DNA of 59,410 nt, counting the filler, from Catajapyx aquilonaris (Eukaryota): the NCBI GenBank assembly GCA_000934665.2. It is 3 parts of 3 records of this genome, joined end to end, with 100 filler letters (N's around TTAATTAATTAA, not from the genome) between each part and the next. Parts side by side here need not be neighbours in the genome. Positions count along the whole stretch, not along the records: positions 1 to 19,617 come from JYFJ02006427.1; positions 19,718 to 39,733 come from KZ539534.1; 1 more part is not named here. One strand, given 5' to 3'. The translations under genes and the position numbers were made by a program. Of this stretch, positions 13,301 to 25,024 are shown one piece after another (within the stretch, counting starts at the first letter, position 1; each line of letters begins with the position of its first letter). The notes beneath the pieces were generated by a model. The model saw only the letters and a program-made list of their open reading frames with translations, did not search any database and had not been told where the DNA came from.

Positions 13301-15911
13301 ATTTTCCAGCATCGATGGTAGTCGGATCAATTGCGCCGAACCGGTGGGGGTAATGAGTGGATTAATGTAGTCCGGCCCCTGTAATCATTTATTCATTAGG
13401 TGCACCATAGTTCACCAGTTTTCTAGGCTGGAAACTGAATAAAAAAAATGGATGGAAAAGAGGGTCAGGAAACACGCACAAAATTAGTACCAGCCTTTTT
13501 TTTGAAACGCGGATTATTCGTCTCTGAAGATTATTATTAGTGTGATTCTGATTTATTGCCTTGTACAATGTGTCATGGAGAACAAAATGGCTTCTGGAAC
13601 TGGGGGGAATTGGAAGGGTGGGGGGTGGGGAATTGGCAAAAAAATTGCAGAGCAGTCCTTCTTTTTTTGCCAGCGTCGAAGGAAATGAACATATGTCCAC
13701 AAGACACTTTCACTATACAATGGTGATGTCGACTGTCAACACAACACTCAAAATTGGAAACCTAACGTCACTGCACCTTTGCTATTTCTGTCAAAAAATT
13801 GGAATTCACCACTCCTTATTACAAGCTGCGCCATCTCGAAGCCAAATTAATCCTATAAAGGTTTGTTTATAAATAAGATTTATTCCTTTTTAAATATCAT
13901 TTTGCGACCATCAATGACTTTGAAGAGCTTTGGAGAACTACTGTTGTTCTATGAACTGCATAATGTCCTACGTAATAATTTTTTTTATACAGGACAGTCT
14001 CTCGATGATGCAAGGTAAATTCTATACAAAGTTTTTTGTTTTGGGAAATTATACAGTCAATTTACACATTCGCATGTTCTCCTCAACGGTTGGGAGGATT
14101 GTTCACTTTATCGTTTACGCTATGACGACTGACAAACTCTCTCTGTGTTTCCAATACTTTGAGAGTAAGTTGTGTACATGCACTCATTTTTGCACGACAC
14201 GCAGTCTGAAACGACTCATAATACAGTGACATATACCAGGTACGAAACTTCCCTTTCTGTTTTCTTGTTTCTGAAGCATGTTATTAGCAAACATGCCGCC
14301 TTTATGTTTGTGTGCACATGTGTGCACGATATCGAATTTCTGCATAACAATAGCGCCACAAGGAAGAAAAGAAGGAAGAAAGAGGGAAAGAGAGAGAAAA
14401 AAATTTGAAACGAGTAAACATGACGTGTCGGCTTATCGCGAATGAAGTTGAAGGTAGCGGCCCGAATAATGAGGGGGTAATGAGAATTTTTGCAAATGTG
14501 AACAATAAGGGGTCGGACGTGGCGAAAACTTGCGAGAAACCACTTGGTATACGTATAGTGGGGGGAGTTCTACAGTATACACACAAGTTATGCTCCGGTT
14601 ACTCGAAAAATTACGGAGTTGCGATCACCTCATTGTATGCTCGTGTCAATGCCCATGAAACTCTGCCGATAGTCCATTTTTATCAATCAACAATCTCAAG
14701 CAAATTTGCTCATCAGATTGTTTCGAACTGACTAACAGAATTGCATACAACACCTTTATAGTGATTGTATGGTAACGTCAATTAGTTTTAAAAAATTCAA
14801 GGTTAAATGTTACGCAAGTGTTTTATGGTTTTGTTAATAACACTCGCAATTAAGAAGCTCGCACGTCATACAAAAGCATGTCTTGTGGGGGAGAAAATAC
14901 ACGGATATAGTTTTAGGGCTTGCGGAATTAATTTCGACTTCTTGGAAGGGCATAACTTTTATCTTTTGATTCTTTTAAAACACTCCAGGTACTTTTTTTA
15001 AGTATAGAAAGAGCGATTGTCAAAAACGTGGTCCTGTGAGCTATCACAAATTATGCAACTGGGAATGTAAAGGTGCAAAGAGTGATAATTACAGTTTGGT
15101 CCGCGCAAGGTTTACACTGAGCAGGTGGGAATGTGCAAGTTTAGAAACATAACTTATGTATTTCGCAGGCGTTGCATAATGCAGACCAATTTCTCGTTGA
15201 TGTGGTTCAAGTTTATTAGAGAGGAAGAATGTAATACTTCACCAACTATGCGCACTGTTTTAAATATCTGGGACTGCCCAAGTGCAAAAATGGATTAGCA
15301 TTTTATAGGACTATTGTGTCAGCAGTAATTTCTGCTATGATATTGGTTTAATTACGGAACCGTTTCTCCAATAAGTTTGAGTCGCGGTGTTACGTTTACT
15401 GGAGATATTTTTTTTGTCCAAAAAAATACCAAATGGATTGTGCCAATAGTGAGTAATGGCGTCCAAATGTGCTTTAGAAGCCTGTACACATCTTATAAGT
15501 TATTGAGTATCCTCACCCTGGCATGGGACAATCCGCTTTTAAGACCAATCATAAATTTAATATTGCACAATTATTTTACTCGCACTTGACTGGATTTTGG
15601 TTGTATATATAATTTTGTGTCAATTAAATCAGGCATGGAACAGCATTATTTTCCGAAACAAATATTTACGGTTTGACCAGATTTTCTAACCATTCTTGAA
15701 TAATTTTCTGTGCCGAACCAGGGCGTGACCTCCACAGACTTGATGTTCAGAGGTGACCGGCGTCCAACCTTGACCCAATCAACCACAGGGCGAAACAGCT
15801 CGATTTTATTCGTGTGGCACTCTCTCGGCCACTCCTGACAATCCTTGCCTTATTTTCAAAGCGTCACTAGTGCCAACAATTCACACAATGTCCCACTTGA
15901 CGAAAATGGTC

Positions 15912-16281
15912 CTAGCAAATGGGCGAGGCCATCGGGGGCGGGTTGAGGTAAGCTGGGGGTGCCCTGGGTCCCTCTGGAGGCACCGAACCTCCCGAGGCGA
16001 CCGATCCGGGGCTGTCAGCGTCGTTGGTCGCCGCAGACGTCGGTGAACCAGAGGATCCAGGGGCGGCCCCTGGTTGCTGCCCCGGGTTGCCTCCTTGGTT
16101 GCCCACCCATGGTTGCAGGTTTTGCAGGGCGCTGAGAGAGGTGTTGTTGACGCAGAGGGTGTCCCTGGGCTCCCCTGGGGCTGAAGGGAAGATGCTCTTG
16201 GTGATGGCCTCGGCCTGCAGGGACATCATCAGCCGGTTGGCAGCCTGGCGCTCTGCCTCTCGCTCCTCGGCTGTCTGTCTC
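15912..16281 (-). CDS. Tlx: Terminal coding exon of a T-cell leukemia homeobox (Tlx / Drosophila C15-clawless) orthologue
   Basis: Acceptor acgaaacAG|G AGA CAG ACA GCC GAG GAG... translates (R)[28 protein letters not shown]...[17 protein letters not shown]. These are the Tlx-diagnostic post-homeodomain and [10 protein letters not shown] motifs. TAG stop at 15912-15914. The homeobox exon was not found in this piece. Confidence 0.92.
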
Positions 16282-19200
16282 CTGTTTCGTGGGGGGTCAA
16301 ATGGAGGAGCCAGCAGGCGAAGAGGGAGAAGAAAAACAGACAGGTTTGTGGTTAGAGGACGTGTCAGACCGAAGAGCCTGAGTCAATCATGCCTTAATTG
16401 CATCTATGCTCACAGTGCACAATATTATTTGCTGAAAACGGCACGATTGTCCATTACATGCACAATGATCCTGTCAACATCTCATTCAGGTATCGTGATT
16501 GTTATTAAGACCGGCAGCTAATGGGCCACTTAATTAAACTTGTTTGCGCACCATGAATGTGTAATGAGGTTGGATTGCATGAGCATCAAATGTTATCAAA
16601 CTTCATCGCGTTATGACTTCTCTTGTGTTTGGGCCCTGCAGCTTTCATAGGGGGGTCAACAAAATTGAATGATAAAAATAGAGTTAACTTCCGCCTGCGA
16701 TTAGCTGATAAGATGATAATATTGTCATCAGTGTGTTTTTGTAAACATGCTTGCCGGGTGAAGTACTCCCCTCGACGTATGCAGTCAATATTTACAGGTC
16801 GAAATCCCCCCATGTATACGTCACTTCATAAAAAATACAGTCAGTTTTTGGAAGGCTGCATGGGGGAGCCTAGAAAATCAGGAATGACTACATCTTATCT
16901 GCCGCAAAGCTTCGGCGAAAATGATAGTGTGGACATAGAGCAAAATGAAGTGATCCGCATTCAGGCAACATGTTGATTGTTTAAAAATTCAGGGATCCGA
17001 TGCATGATTCAGATTTTAATAGGATGCCTCGCGCAACCCTCGGCGGGGACAAACAGCAAGCGTATATATACATACAATAAGCCTTGAACCCCACCGCTTG
17101 TATACACACACACACTTATTGCATGCACACAAACCGACAAGAATTTTACATCTGCTGCCAGAATAGACAGGATGTATCAATAAAAAAAAAGTGATGAGAA
17201 AAGTGTGCGTGCCGAATGTCTTTTACCAGATGACAAAACTGTTGTACAAGGGTGTGGAAATCGATATCAGGTCGCTTTGATAACGGATATATAAGTATCG
17301 TCGCTTCAGAAAGTGTCATAACCACTCGCGGATAAACAGGTCATTTTTAATATGCAGATGCACAAAATGCATTGGGTTGGAAGATATTACATGACCCTGC
17401 GGATGATCCGTTCAGATAATCCGGAATAGTCAATTTGTACAGCAGTGAAAAATAAGAGGGTTGAATTACACTGTGCCAACGGTCCGTAGCAACACAAAAC
17501 AAAACCACCTGTCACTGCAGCATGCACTATACGACGTTTTTCCGTACCTATTGATATACTGTCAGTAGTAAATTAAATGCGTGTAGTTAAGGCATAAAAA
17601 CCACTACCAATGTGACTCATGGTTGTAGAATATATTTGCTTCCGGTTCAAACAAACGTGTAAATACGCAATATATCAATTGATACCTTCCAGCCGCAGTG
17701 AACCGGAGAGTCATATTTCGTAATATTTATTGTTGATTTTTTTTTTTGTTCGGAACTGAGGGGTGGCCAGGAAATGTAATTGAAGGGCACTGAATCAATC
17801 GGATCTCCTGCCCCCCTTCCCCATCCCCNCCCCCCCTCTCCACCTTCCCAAATTGGTCGAGAGCCGATAATTATTTTCCCATTTTTCCTTTCGCCAGATG
17901 GGTCGGATTATGGACTCAATCTTCGAACTGCCGTTGGGAATGGGAGTCGGTTTTATATTGCACCCTGTACACGTTTTGATCTCGCCGCTGCCACACTTCC
18001 TGGAAATCCTCGAGTCATCGTATGATCAGAAATAAATAGGATATCAATACAAGGTCTATTATATGCCTAAAATAGTTTAAAGTGTTTTTCACTGCATAAT
18101 TTGAATGCCAATATTCTTTTCCGAGTCCATATAGAGGTCAATTTGACTAGTGAAATATTTAATCAGAAATTACTGGACCAATTGCGCGTGTCAGTTGAAA
18201 GGTATAAATTTAGCCCGCGCAAAAAAAAGTACCGGGTGTTATTTGAAGTGGAGAAATAGTCGGAAAATAATATGGAGATTGCTCTTTGCAATTAGTCACG
18301 TTACACTCCATTACAGACGATTGCCCTGAAATTAAGAAGACGGGTCACACTCAAGAGGCAGGTAAATTAGAGCAGATTATCCCGCGAGTTTTCATCGTCA
18401 TCATTATTCCCCCTGAGGCCAAAAGCGAATCGCTTTTCATTCCTCCCCCTCCACCTTTCCCATTGACTAACTGCTATCAAACGGTCGTTTACATAGGTTT
18501 TTATGGCCTCGGCCCGCCAAATAAATATACAACCATCGCCATAAACCAAAAACTGCACCTTCTTTTGAGTCCTCCCCGGCTTTTTAATTACGCGGTCCAA
18601 ATTACCGGCTCGCCCACGGTAATACCTAAAATACGGTGTCATTTAAGGTGATGCTTCAGTACCTATTACCCGTTTGTGCTATTTTTTTAGCCGGCAGTTT
18701 ATTACAACCCGAGTGATGCAGTGGAAGAGACGCGTTAGCTGCCAGAAAATATGGCAACTTTTCGTGTGTGTATCTTGTAGGCTTCTAAACAAATTGCATC
18801 CATAAATAATTCGATCTTTGGAGGGGGGGGGGGATCACATAGGGCAGCAGTCAGTTCCATAATATTGATAGTGGAATATATGGCGGCAATTACACACGTG
18901 TGTGTATTCAGTAGTATATATCGGATGCTTCTTTTCACATTCGTTTCGGTCTCTTTTTTTAGATGGATAAAGAGCCGCCGGATAACCTTTTGCTGCTCGT
19001 TAGCGTCGGCTGATTAATAAGAGAGGATTTATTGAGATGGCTTCTGATCCTTTCGAAAAGTCGTAAACACTTCATGGTGTTTTAACTGTTAAATAAAGCA
19101 CATAATAATGCGGCCATTGACAAAAAAAAAAACATTTTTTAGAAGAGAGCGGAAGTGTCAAGGTCAAAAGGCCGTGATCCGGATTCCTGTGACGTAACAT

Positions 19201-19617
19201 TCCAACGAAGGACTTTGATCGTCCTCGTCCGGGATGGAAGACCAAAAAAAAAAAATGGAGAGAAGATTTCATACATTTTTGCCGACGTTTTCATTCCAAG
19301 AAATCGCGTTTCTCTGCTACAACCCCCGCTATCAAGGGCACCCTTTCCATAGAAAACTGTACATGTTACATGAAAGGGTTTATGAGAGAAGGGACGGCAA
19401 GCAAAAGAACAAAAAAAAAATTCATTCATAACGCCAACTTCTCTCAGAAAAAAAAAAAAAATCGCTTCGTGCAAAATTAGGAAGTGACCTCAAATCACGC
19501 TAAAGAATAATGGGAAAAAGGGGGGAGCTGATTCATGCCATGATACACTTTATCCGCAATTTTTTTTTGCAAATACACACCAAGAGTTTTGCTAAACAGC
19601 ACATTTTTCCACACTTC

Positions 19618-19717
19618 NNNNNNNNNNNNNNNNNNNNNNNNNNNNNNNNNNNNNNNNNNNNTTAATTAATTAANNNNNNNNNNNNNNNNNNNNNNNNNNN
19701 NNNNNNNNNNNNNNNNN
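19618..19717. other. Artificial assembly spacer (44 N + TTAATTAATTAA + 44 N)
   Basis: A six-frame stop linker at 19662-19673 sits centred in a 100-nt N block. Confidence 0.95.
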
Positions 19718-21070
19718 AGAATCTCCAAGTGATATACGATATAAAGATATCACGAAAAAAATACGTACTTTACTTCCGAGAATTATCCATGCTAATGAAT
19801 TCACCGGTGTACCCAGAAAATCAGAAAACCCAGCAGAATGGCCCCAGATATACATATTAGCTATTCACCCATTTAAATGAACTGTGGTATACCTAATAAT
19901 GGGAGGCATGTGGTCACCATATTATGGGTGAGCCATAGCCCCATAGGCCACGTGCCCTCCATGACACTACTTATTTTCTGTTCCAATTTCAACTACTACT
20001 GGTAGACTATTTGTTCTTATTGATTAACCACTGATACAAATGAATTCAGCAGTATATTTAAAATACACATGTTGTTTTTTTATTTTATCGACCATTTACT
20101 GCATTTTTTTCTTGTGAGGGGTTATGTAGCAAGGGGGTGGGGGGGCCCAGTGCCCTGCTTTGCCCGGGAGCCTGTCGTGCAGTTACGACGGCTCTGGTCA
20201 TGGGAGAAAAGCAAGCCCCCACCACCAAGACAAGGTGGAGACCAGACTCGAGCCATGCTATTTATTTTGTGGTGTCTTTTTCTCTCTCCACTCCCATCAT
20301 CCTTTTCTTGTTCACCAGTCAACTGGAGAAGGAAAGATGTCATGGACACTCCAGCAGAATAAGAGGCTTCTCGCCGAAACAACAGGGAGAGGAGAAAATT
20401 AACAAGGCAGACTAAGCTACGAATTTCGATCCTGCTGACATCCACCTTGTTCTAGCAGTTTCCGACACCCAGTGGATCTTGCAGCCAACCAGGAAATTAA
20501 TGAGGCATAATACACATTCAAAACTGGTTCAGAAAATATAGACTACAAATAGGAGCTTTACAGTGTGGTGCATGCTCTTCTCTCCAGCTCCACACTTCCG
20601 CGAGTTGAGGTAGAAGAGCTGATATCATTGATTATGCCACAAAACAAGGGGTCAGTCACTCCTCAAAAAAAGTGTACACGGCTCACCTGAATTGCGCAGC
20701 TCTCCCCGGCCCTCCCCAGCCTCCCACCTCACAACGGCTCACCAAAGTCATTTGCTCTTAATAGAGCCACAGAGAGCCTATGGGGGAGCCGCAGAGAGCC
20801 AGGGAGAGCTCAGCTGTGAGCGGGGATTCCCTATGCAAAATGTGCATTTGTTCCTCATCATAGACTATATTTGCCCTCAGCGGATCACCTAGGCACTCCG
20901 CTGGCCTCTATGGCTCACCAGGGAGGGTGTACACCAGCTCACCAAAGTGACTACCTCCTTGCCACAAATCATTCTCCAAGAACACAGCAACAAAAAGTGG
21001 CCTCTGATTCAGGTACTATGCCCATGAATTGAATATGGTTGATATGTTTGTGAAACAGTTTAATAGTCAC

Positions 21071-21288
21071 CAGCGGCGTAGCCAGGAAATTTGTAAGGGG
21101 GGGGGGGGTTATGATTGTGAGGGAAGAATGAAAAGGCTGCATGCGAAATTTTTTTATACTGTTGAAGCTCACACAAGCTACAATATTTTCGCATGCGTTT
21201 TAACACCTCAAAATTGCGGATTGGAACTATATTTTTTGGGTCGGGGNCCCCCCCCCCCCCAACCCTCCCCTTCTTGCCTCCGGCACTG
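21071..21288. mobile_element. hAT-type MITE
   Basis: Imperfect TIRs CAGCGGCGTAGCC.../...CTCCGGCACTG are flanked by an 8-bp TSD ATAGTCAC (21063-21070 and 21289-21296). Confidence 0.8.
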
Positions 21289-21488
21289 ATAGTCACATTT
21301 CATTGTACATTTCTTACATGTCGCGTCTGACACCTGACACATTACCTCCAAACTTCCCTACAACCAGAAGTTCATGACATACCACTACAGCTAAGAATAC
21401 AGTATGCAAAATACTCCTTTTTTTATCTAAACAAAAATCACAACTGTTATTTCTTTAGAAACATTGCAGATTAAATGACTAGAAATTA

Positions 21489-22378
21489 TTTATTCTGTAT
21501 AAACACAAATGACGAAACTTATAGGGTACATGAGGACAATGGACATCTACTTTTCTACATAGTTTCCACACCGAAGAACGCACTTATCCCATCGCCAGAC
21601 CAGTTTCTCAATCCCTTCCCAATAGAAAGGGGTGCCCTGTTGACAGCACCAGTCACGCAGCCTTCTTCACCTCATCGTCGCCTCGGAAATGCTGACCTGC
21701 CATGTCTGCTTTCAGGGCTCTGAATAAGTGATAGTCTGTGAGGGCTAGGTTGGGACTATATAGGGTGTGTGAGGAAGAACTTCCCAGTCGTATCCATTCA
21801 GCAAAGCCATGGTGTCCCTCGATGTGTCCGGACAGGCGTTGTCATGGAGAAGGATGACCCCAGCAGTGAGCAATCCTGGTCGTTTCCACCTGATGGCCTT
21901 CTGCAACTTCGCCAGGGTCACTGCGCTCCGAATTGATAGTCGCAACTTCCAGGATTGCTCACTGCTGGGGTCATCCTTCTCCACGACAACGCCTGTCCGG
22001 ACACATCAAGAGACACCATGGCTTTGCTGAATGGATACGACTGGGAAGTGCTTCCTCACACACCCTATAGTCCCGACCTAGCCCTCACAGACTATCACTT
22101 ATTCAGAGCCCTGAAAGCAGACAGGGCAGGTCAGCATTTCCGAAGCGACGATGAGGTGAAGAAGGCTGCGTGACTGGTGCTGTCAACAGGGCACCCCTTT
22201 CTATTGGGAAGGGATTGAGAAACTGGTCTGGCGATGGGATAAGTGCGTTCTTCGGTGTGGAAACTATGTAGTAAAGTAGATGTCCATTGTCCTCATGTAC
22301 CCGGTAAGTTTCGTCATTTGTGTTCATACAGAATAAAGGTTACAGCCTTGGAGACCTTACTTTTTGATCACTCCTGGT
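21489..22378. mobile_element. Inverted duplication (fold-back) of the 3' part of a mariner DD34D transposase gene
   Basis: Arms 21489-21879 (-) and 21949-22337 (+) are near-identical reverse complements. Translation LLHDNA...WEVLPHTPYSPDLALTDYHLF has D34D spacing. A mariner-like 3' TIR (TTACTTTTTGATCACTCCTGG) is present after the right arm only. Confidence 0.9.
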
Positions 22379-23424
22379 TACCGATACTTATGATATTCAG
22401 TACATTGGCTGTGGCTCTTGCAATGTGTATAGATACAGGGATTGTCAAGCTTGCTGCAAACATCATGTAGGCTAATTATGATGACATGGTACTTATCTCA
22501 GGAGTGTTTATACAAGAACCAATGAAGGTGTCACAGACAATAATTAGCAGCCCTTGAAGCAGAACTGTTTGCTTTAATGGGAAATACGAAGTTTCGCAAG
22601 TTAAAGTTGAAAATTTTCTTATGATATTTTACCTAATAGTTTGAATCGACATCTTTCCCACTATGACATTTCCTTGGCCCACAGGAACTAGGTGATTGCA
22701 ACTGGTAAAATCAGGCCAATGAAAGCCACTGGAAGGATTGGGCAAGTACCTCTATCTCCTGATGAGGGAAGCCACATAAACCCACACAGACAAGGCTTGG
22801 TTTGGATACGGATGCACATGGACTGCCAATGCAAATTCTGCCAGTGGCTCCTCATTCCGATGCACCCCTGTAGAATGCAGCTCCTCCAGCAAGGCCTCTG
22901 CAGTAGTATACTCTACATTGACAGGAAACCCACAGAGCTTATGGGAGACAGTCACCTGGTGTAGTTCCTCTCGGTGCTGACTCTCAGCTCAGGGGGAGTT
23001 AGCAGGCCCAGACAAGAGTTCACCTCGGGAACTGGACCAGGACCGGTACTCCAGACTGGGGAGATGCCGGCGGAGGATGGAGCTGCAGTAGCGATTCCAT
23101 GTGGTCCTGTAAAGACATGATAAGCAGTACGTACCAGGTAATGTGTTATGATGCATGAATCTGATTTCTTGTAGGTACCAGTAATAATGCAACATACACC
23201 TGTTTGCAAAGAACACCACTACTGAATACATCTTCAGCCAGAGAGTGCAGCATATCCAGTTGCTCTTGTGCTATGAAACCTCATTCAATATACTGTATGA
23301 CTGTACAGTATGATAAACCAGGTACACATACTGGCAATTTTGCATCACTCTATGATTTGTCCGTAAGTTCGAACATTTTGTCAGACTCATTGCTAACTGT
23401 ACTAGAAACACACAGTCCATATAA

Positions 23425-23775
23425 TAATTGATAATTAATAATAATTGATTGGGTATTCGGCTAGCCCCAAAGGGGCCTTCTGTCAGACCTTTATTTAGAT
23501 GGTGTACAATTTTTGGGAATCCTATTTTTGAAGCGCCCGGGCCCACGGGCAGGATGACAGGAGGGGATGTGCAAAGGGCAGTGAATCTGACGCTGTGGCC
23601 ATTTTTAGTGAACTCCCCCGGGTGGTTTAGTCTGTAGGAAATACCACCCGAGACGAAGCCAGACGTGACCCTGAACTCTGCACGAGATGAAGGGGGTGTC
23701 CCCGGGCTGGGATCGAACCCGGGACCTTAACATCCGTGGGCGCACACGTTACCGCGACGCCACTCCGTCTCCCTC
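23425..23775 (-). mobile_element. tRNA-derived SINE (family A), full length
   Basis: The - strand head has A box TGGCGTCGCGG and B box GGTTCGATCCC. (TTA)n-like tail and 14-bp TSD CACAGTCCATATAA (23411-23424 / 23776-23789). Related copies at ~34700-34997 and ~37325-37510. Confidence 0.85.
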
Positions 23776-23967
23776 CACAGTCCATATAAACTACAATGCC
23801 ACCAGAAATACTACCTGTCAGACATATTACTAAAGAATCAGATGGCTGTAGTGTGTAAACCTCAACTGAACATCAGTGAAATCTTGGTGAAATACATTAA
23901 ATGGCATGAGAGGACTATTTCCCACATCAAAAATTCCAGAAGTATCAATTTTGCTCATAAGAATGAT

Positions 23968-23971
23968 AATG

Positions 23972-24034
<63 letters not shown>

Positions 24035-24289
24035 GATACCTCGTGATAAGCCTCCTTGTGCTTTTTAGGGGATCATCTTTTTAATTAACCGTCTTTAATC
24101 ATTGCCTTTGCTGTGATGGATTTTGATAGTGGGAGGAAACGGGAGAACCCCGAGAAAACCCACGCAAACACGGAGAGAACCCATTGAAACTCTATCCACA
24201 TAAGTATCCTCTGTCCGATCCGGGGATCGAACTCGGGACCTTGGAGGTGGAAGGCTGCGGCGCTAACCACTCCGCCACCGTGTCGCCCC
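23968..24289 (-). mobile_element. tRNA-derived SINE (family B) with V-SINE-like central domain and (ATT)n tail
   Basis: Head GGGGCGACACGGTGGCGGAGTGGTTAGCG...GAGTTCGATCCCC, core GTTCTCTCCGTGTTTGCGTGGGTTTTCTCGGGGTTCTCCCGTTTCCTCCCAC, long ATT tail and 13-bp TSD TCATAAGAATGAT. Confidence 0.85.
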
Positions 24290-24319
24290 TCATAAGAATG
24301 ATTATGGTAATAACACTAA

Positions 24320-24833
24320 AGGCCCGTTTCCAAAGAAGCTTCAGCTTGAAAAAGTGAGCTCTAGAGCTCATCTTAGCTGGTGCTTCACAGCTAGCGCCCT
24401 CAGACCGGTTTCCAAAGAAGCTTTGGCTTCACAACGGAGCGCAGGAGATTGTTCTTCAGGCTCAAGGTCACTCTTTGTCTCTCCTCACTCCCTCCCCCTG
24501 CATGCCCCAGCAGCTCCTTCCGTGACCTTCGACAGGTCATCTTTTTTTTTCTCCTCTCTCCTTCCCTGGCCTCCCCACCCTGCGTCATCGCCCCACCCCT
24601 AGCCACCTCCCCACCAAGATTGTCCCACGTGACCCCAGGAGCCGGGTCGGATTGGTCAGAAAGACACTCTAGGGTCCAGCTCCAGCGTGAAAATCGTCTC
24701 GTCCTCGATGTTCAAAGCAAGCTGAATTGTAGAGCTAAAATATCGACCCAACGCTAGACACGCGTTGCGGCTGGAGCTAGAGCGAGCGCCAGAGCGAAAT
24801 TTTTCAAGCTGAAGCTTCTTTGGAAACGGGCCT
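24320..24833. mobile_element. PIF/Harbinger (Tourist-like) MITE
   Basis: Perfect ~34-bp TIR AGGCCCGTTTCCAAAGAAGCTTCAGCTTGAAAAA with a TAA TSD on both sides. Confidence 0.88.
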
Positions 24834-24876
24834 TAACTTTGAGATTATCAGTTGTAAAATAATTCATGCATCATTT

Positions 24877-25024
24877 GTACTATCGGGTTCAAATACTTTT
24901 GGCCACTTTATCCTGGTCTTGAAGGAACCCATCACTCACACTCACCTCCTTAACGTGGGGTCTGTGCAGAGGGTTGCTTCAAGACCAGGATAAAGTGGCC
25001 AAAAGTATTTGAACCCGATAGTAC
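24877..25024. repeat. Near-perfect 54-bp inverted repeat with 40-nt loop (mini-MITE / intronic hairpin)
   Basis: 24877-24930 GTACTATCGGGTTCAAATACTTTTGGCCACTTTATCCTGGTCTTGAAGGAACCC is the reverse complement of 24971-25024, with one mismatch. Confidence 0.9.

Noticed and set aside
16024..16521. 165-aa + strand ORF
   Set aside because: Antisense shadow of the GC-rich Tlx exon.
20120..20470. Exon-intron-like structure (CAAG|gtggag...ttcaccag|) on the + strand
   Set aside because: Stops in all frames and no protein identity recognised; may be another decayed fragment but unsupported.
23962..24033. Poly-Asn ORF / (AAT)n microsatellite
   Set aside because: It is the (ATT)n tail of the family B SINE.
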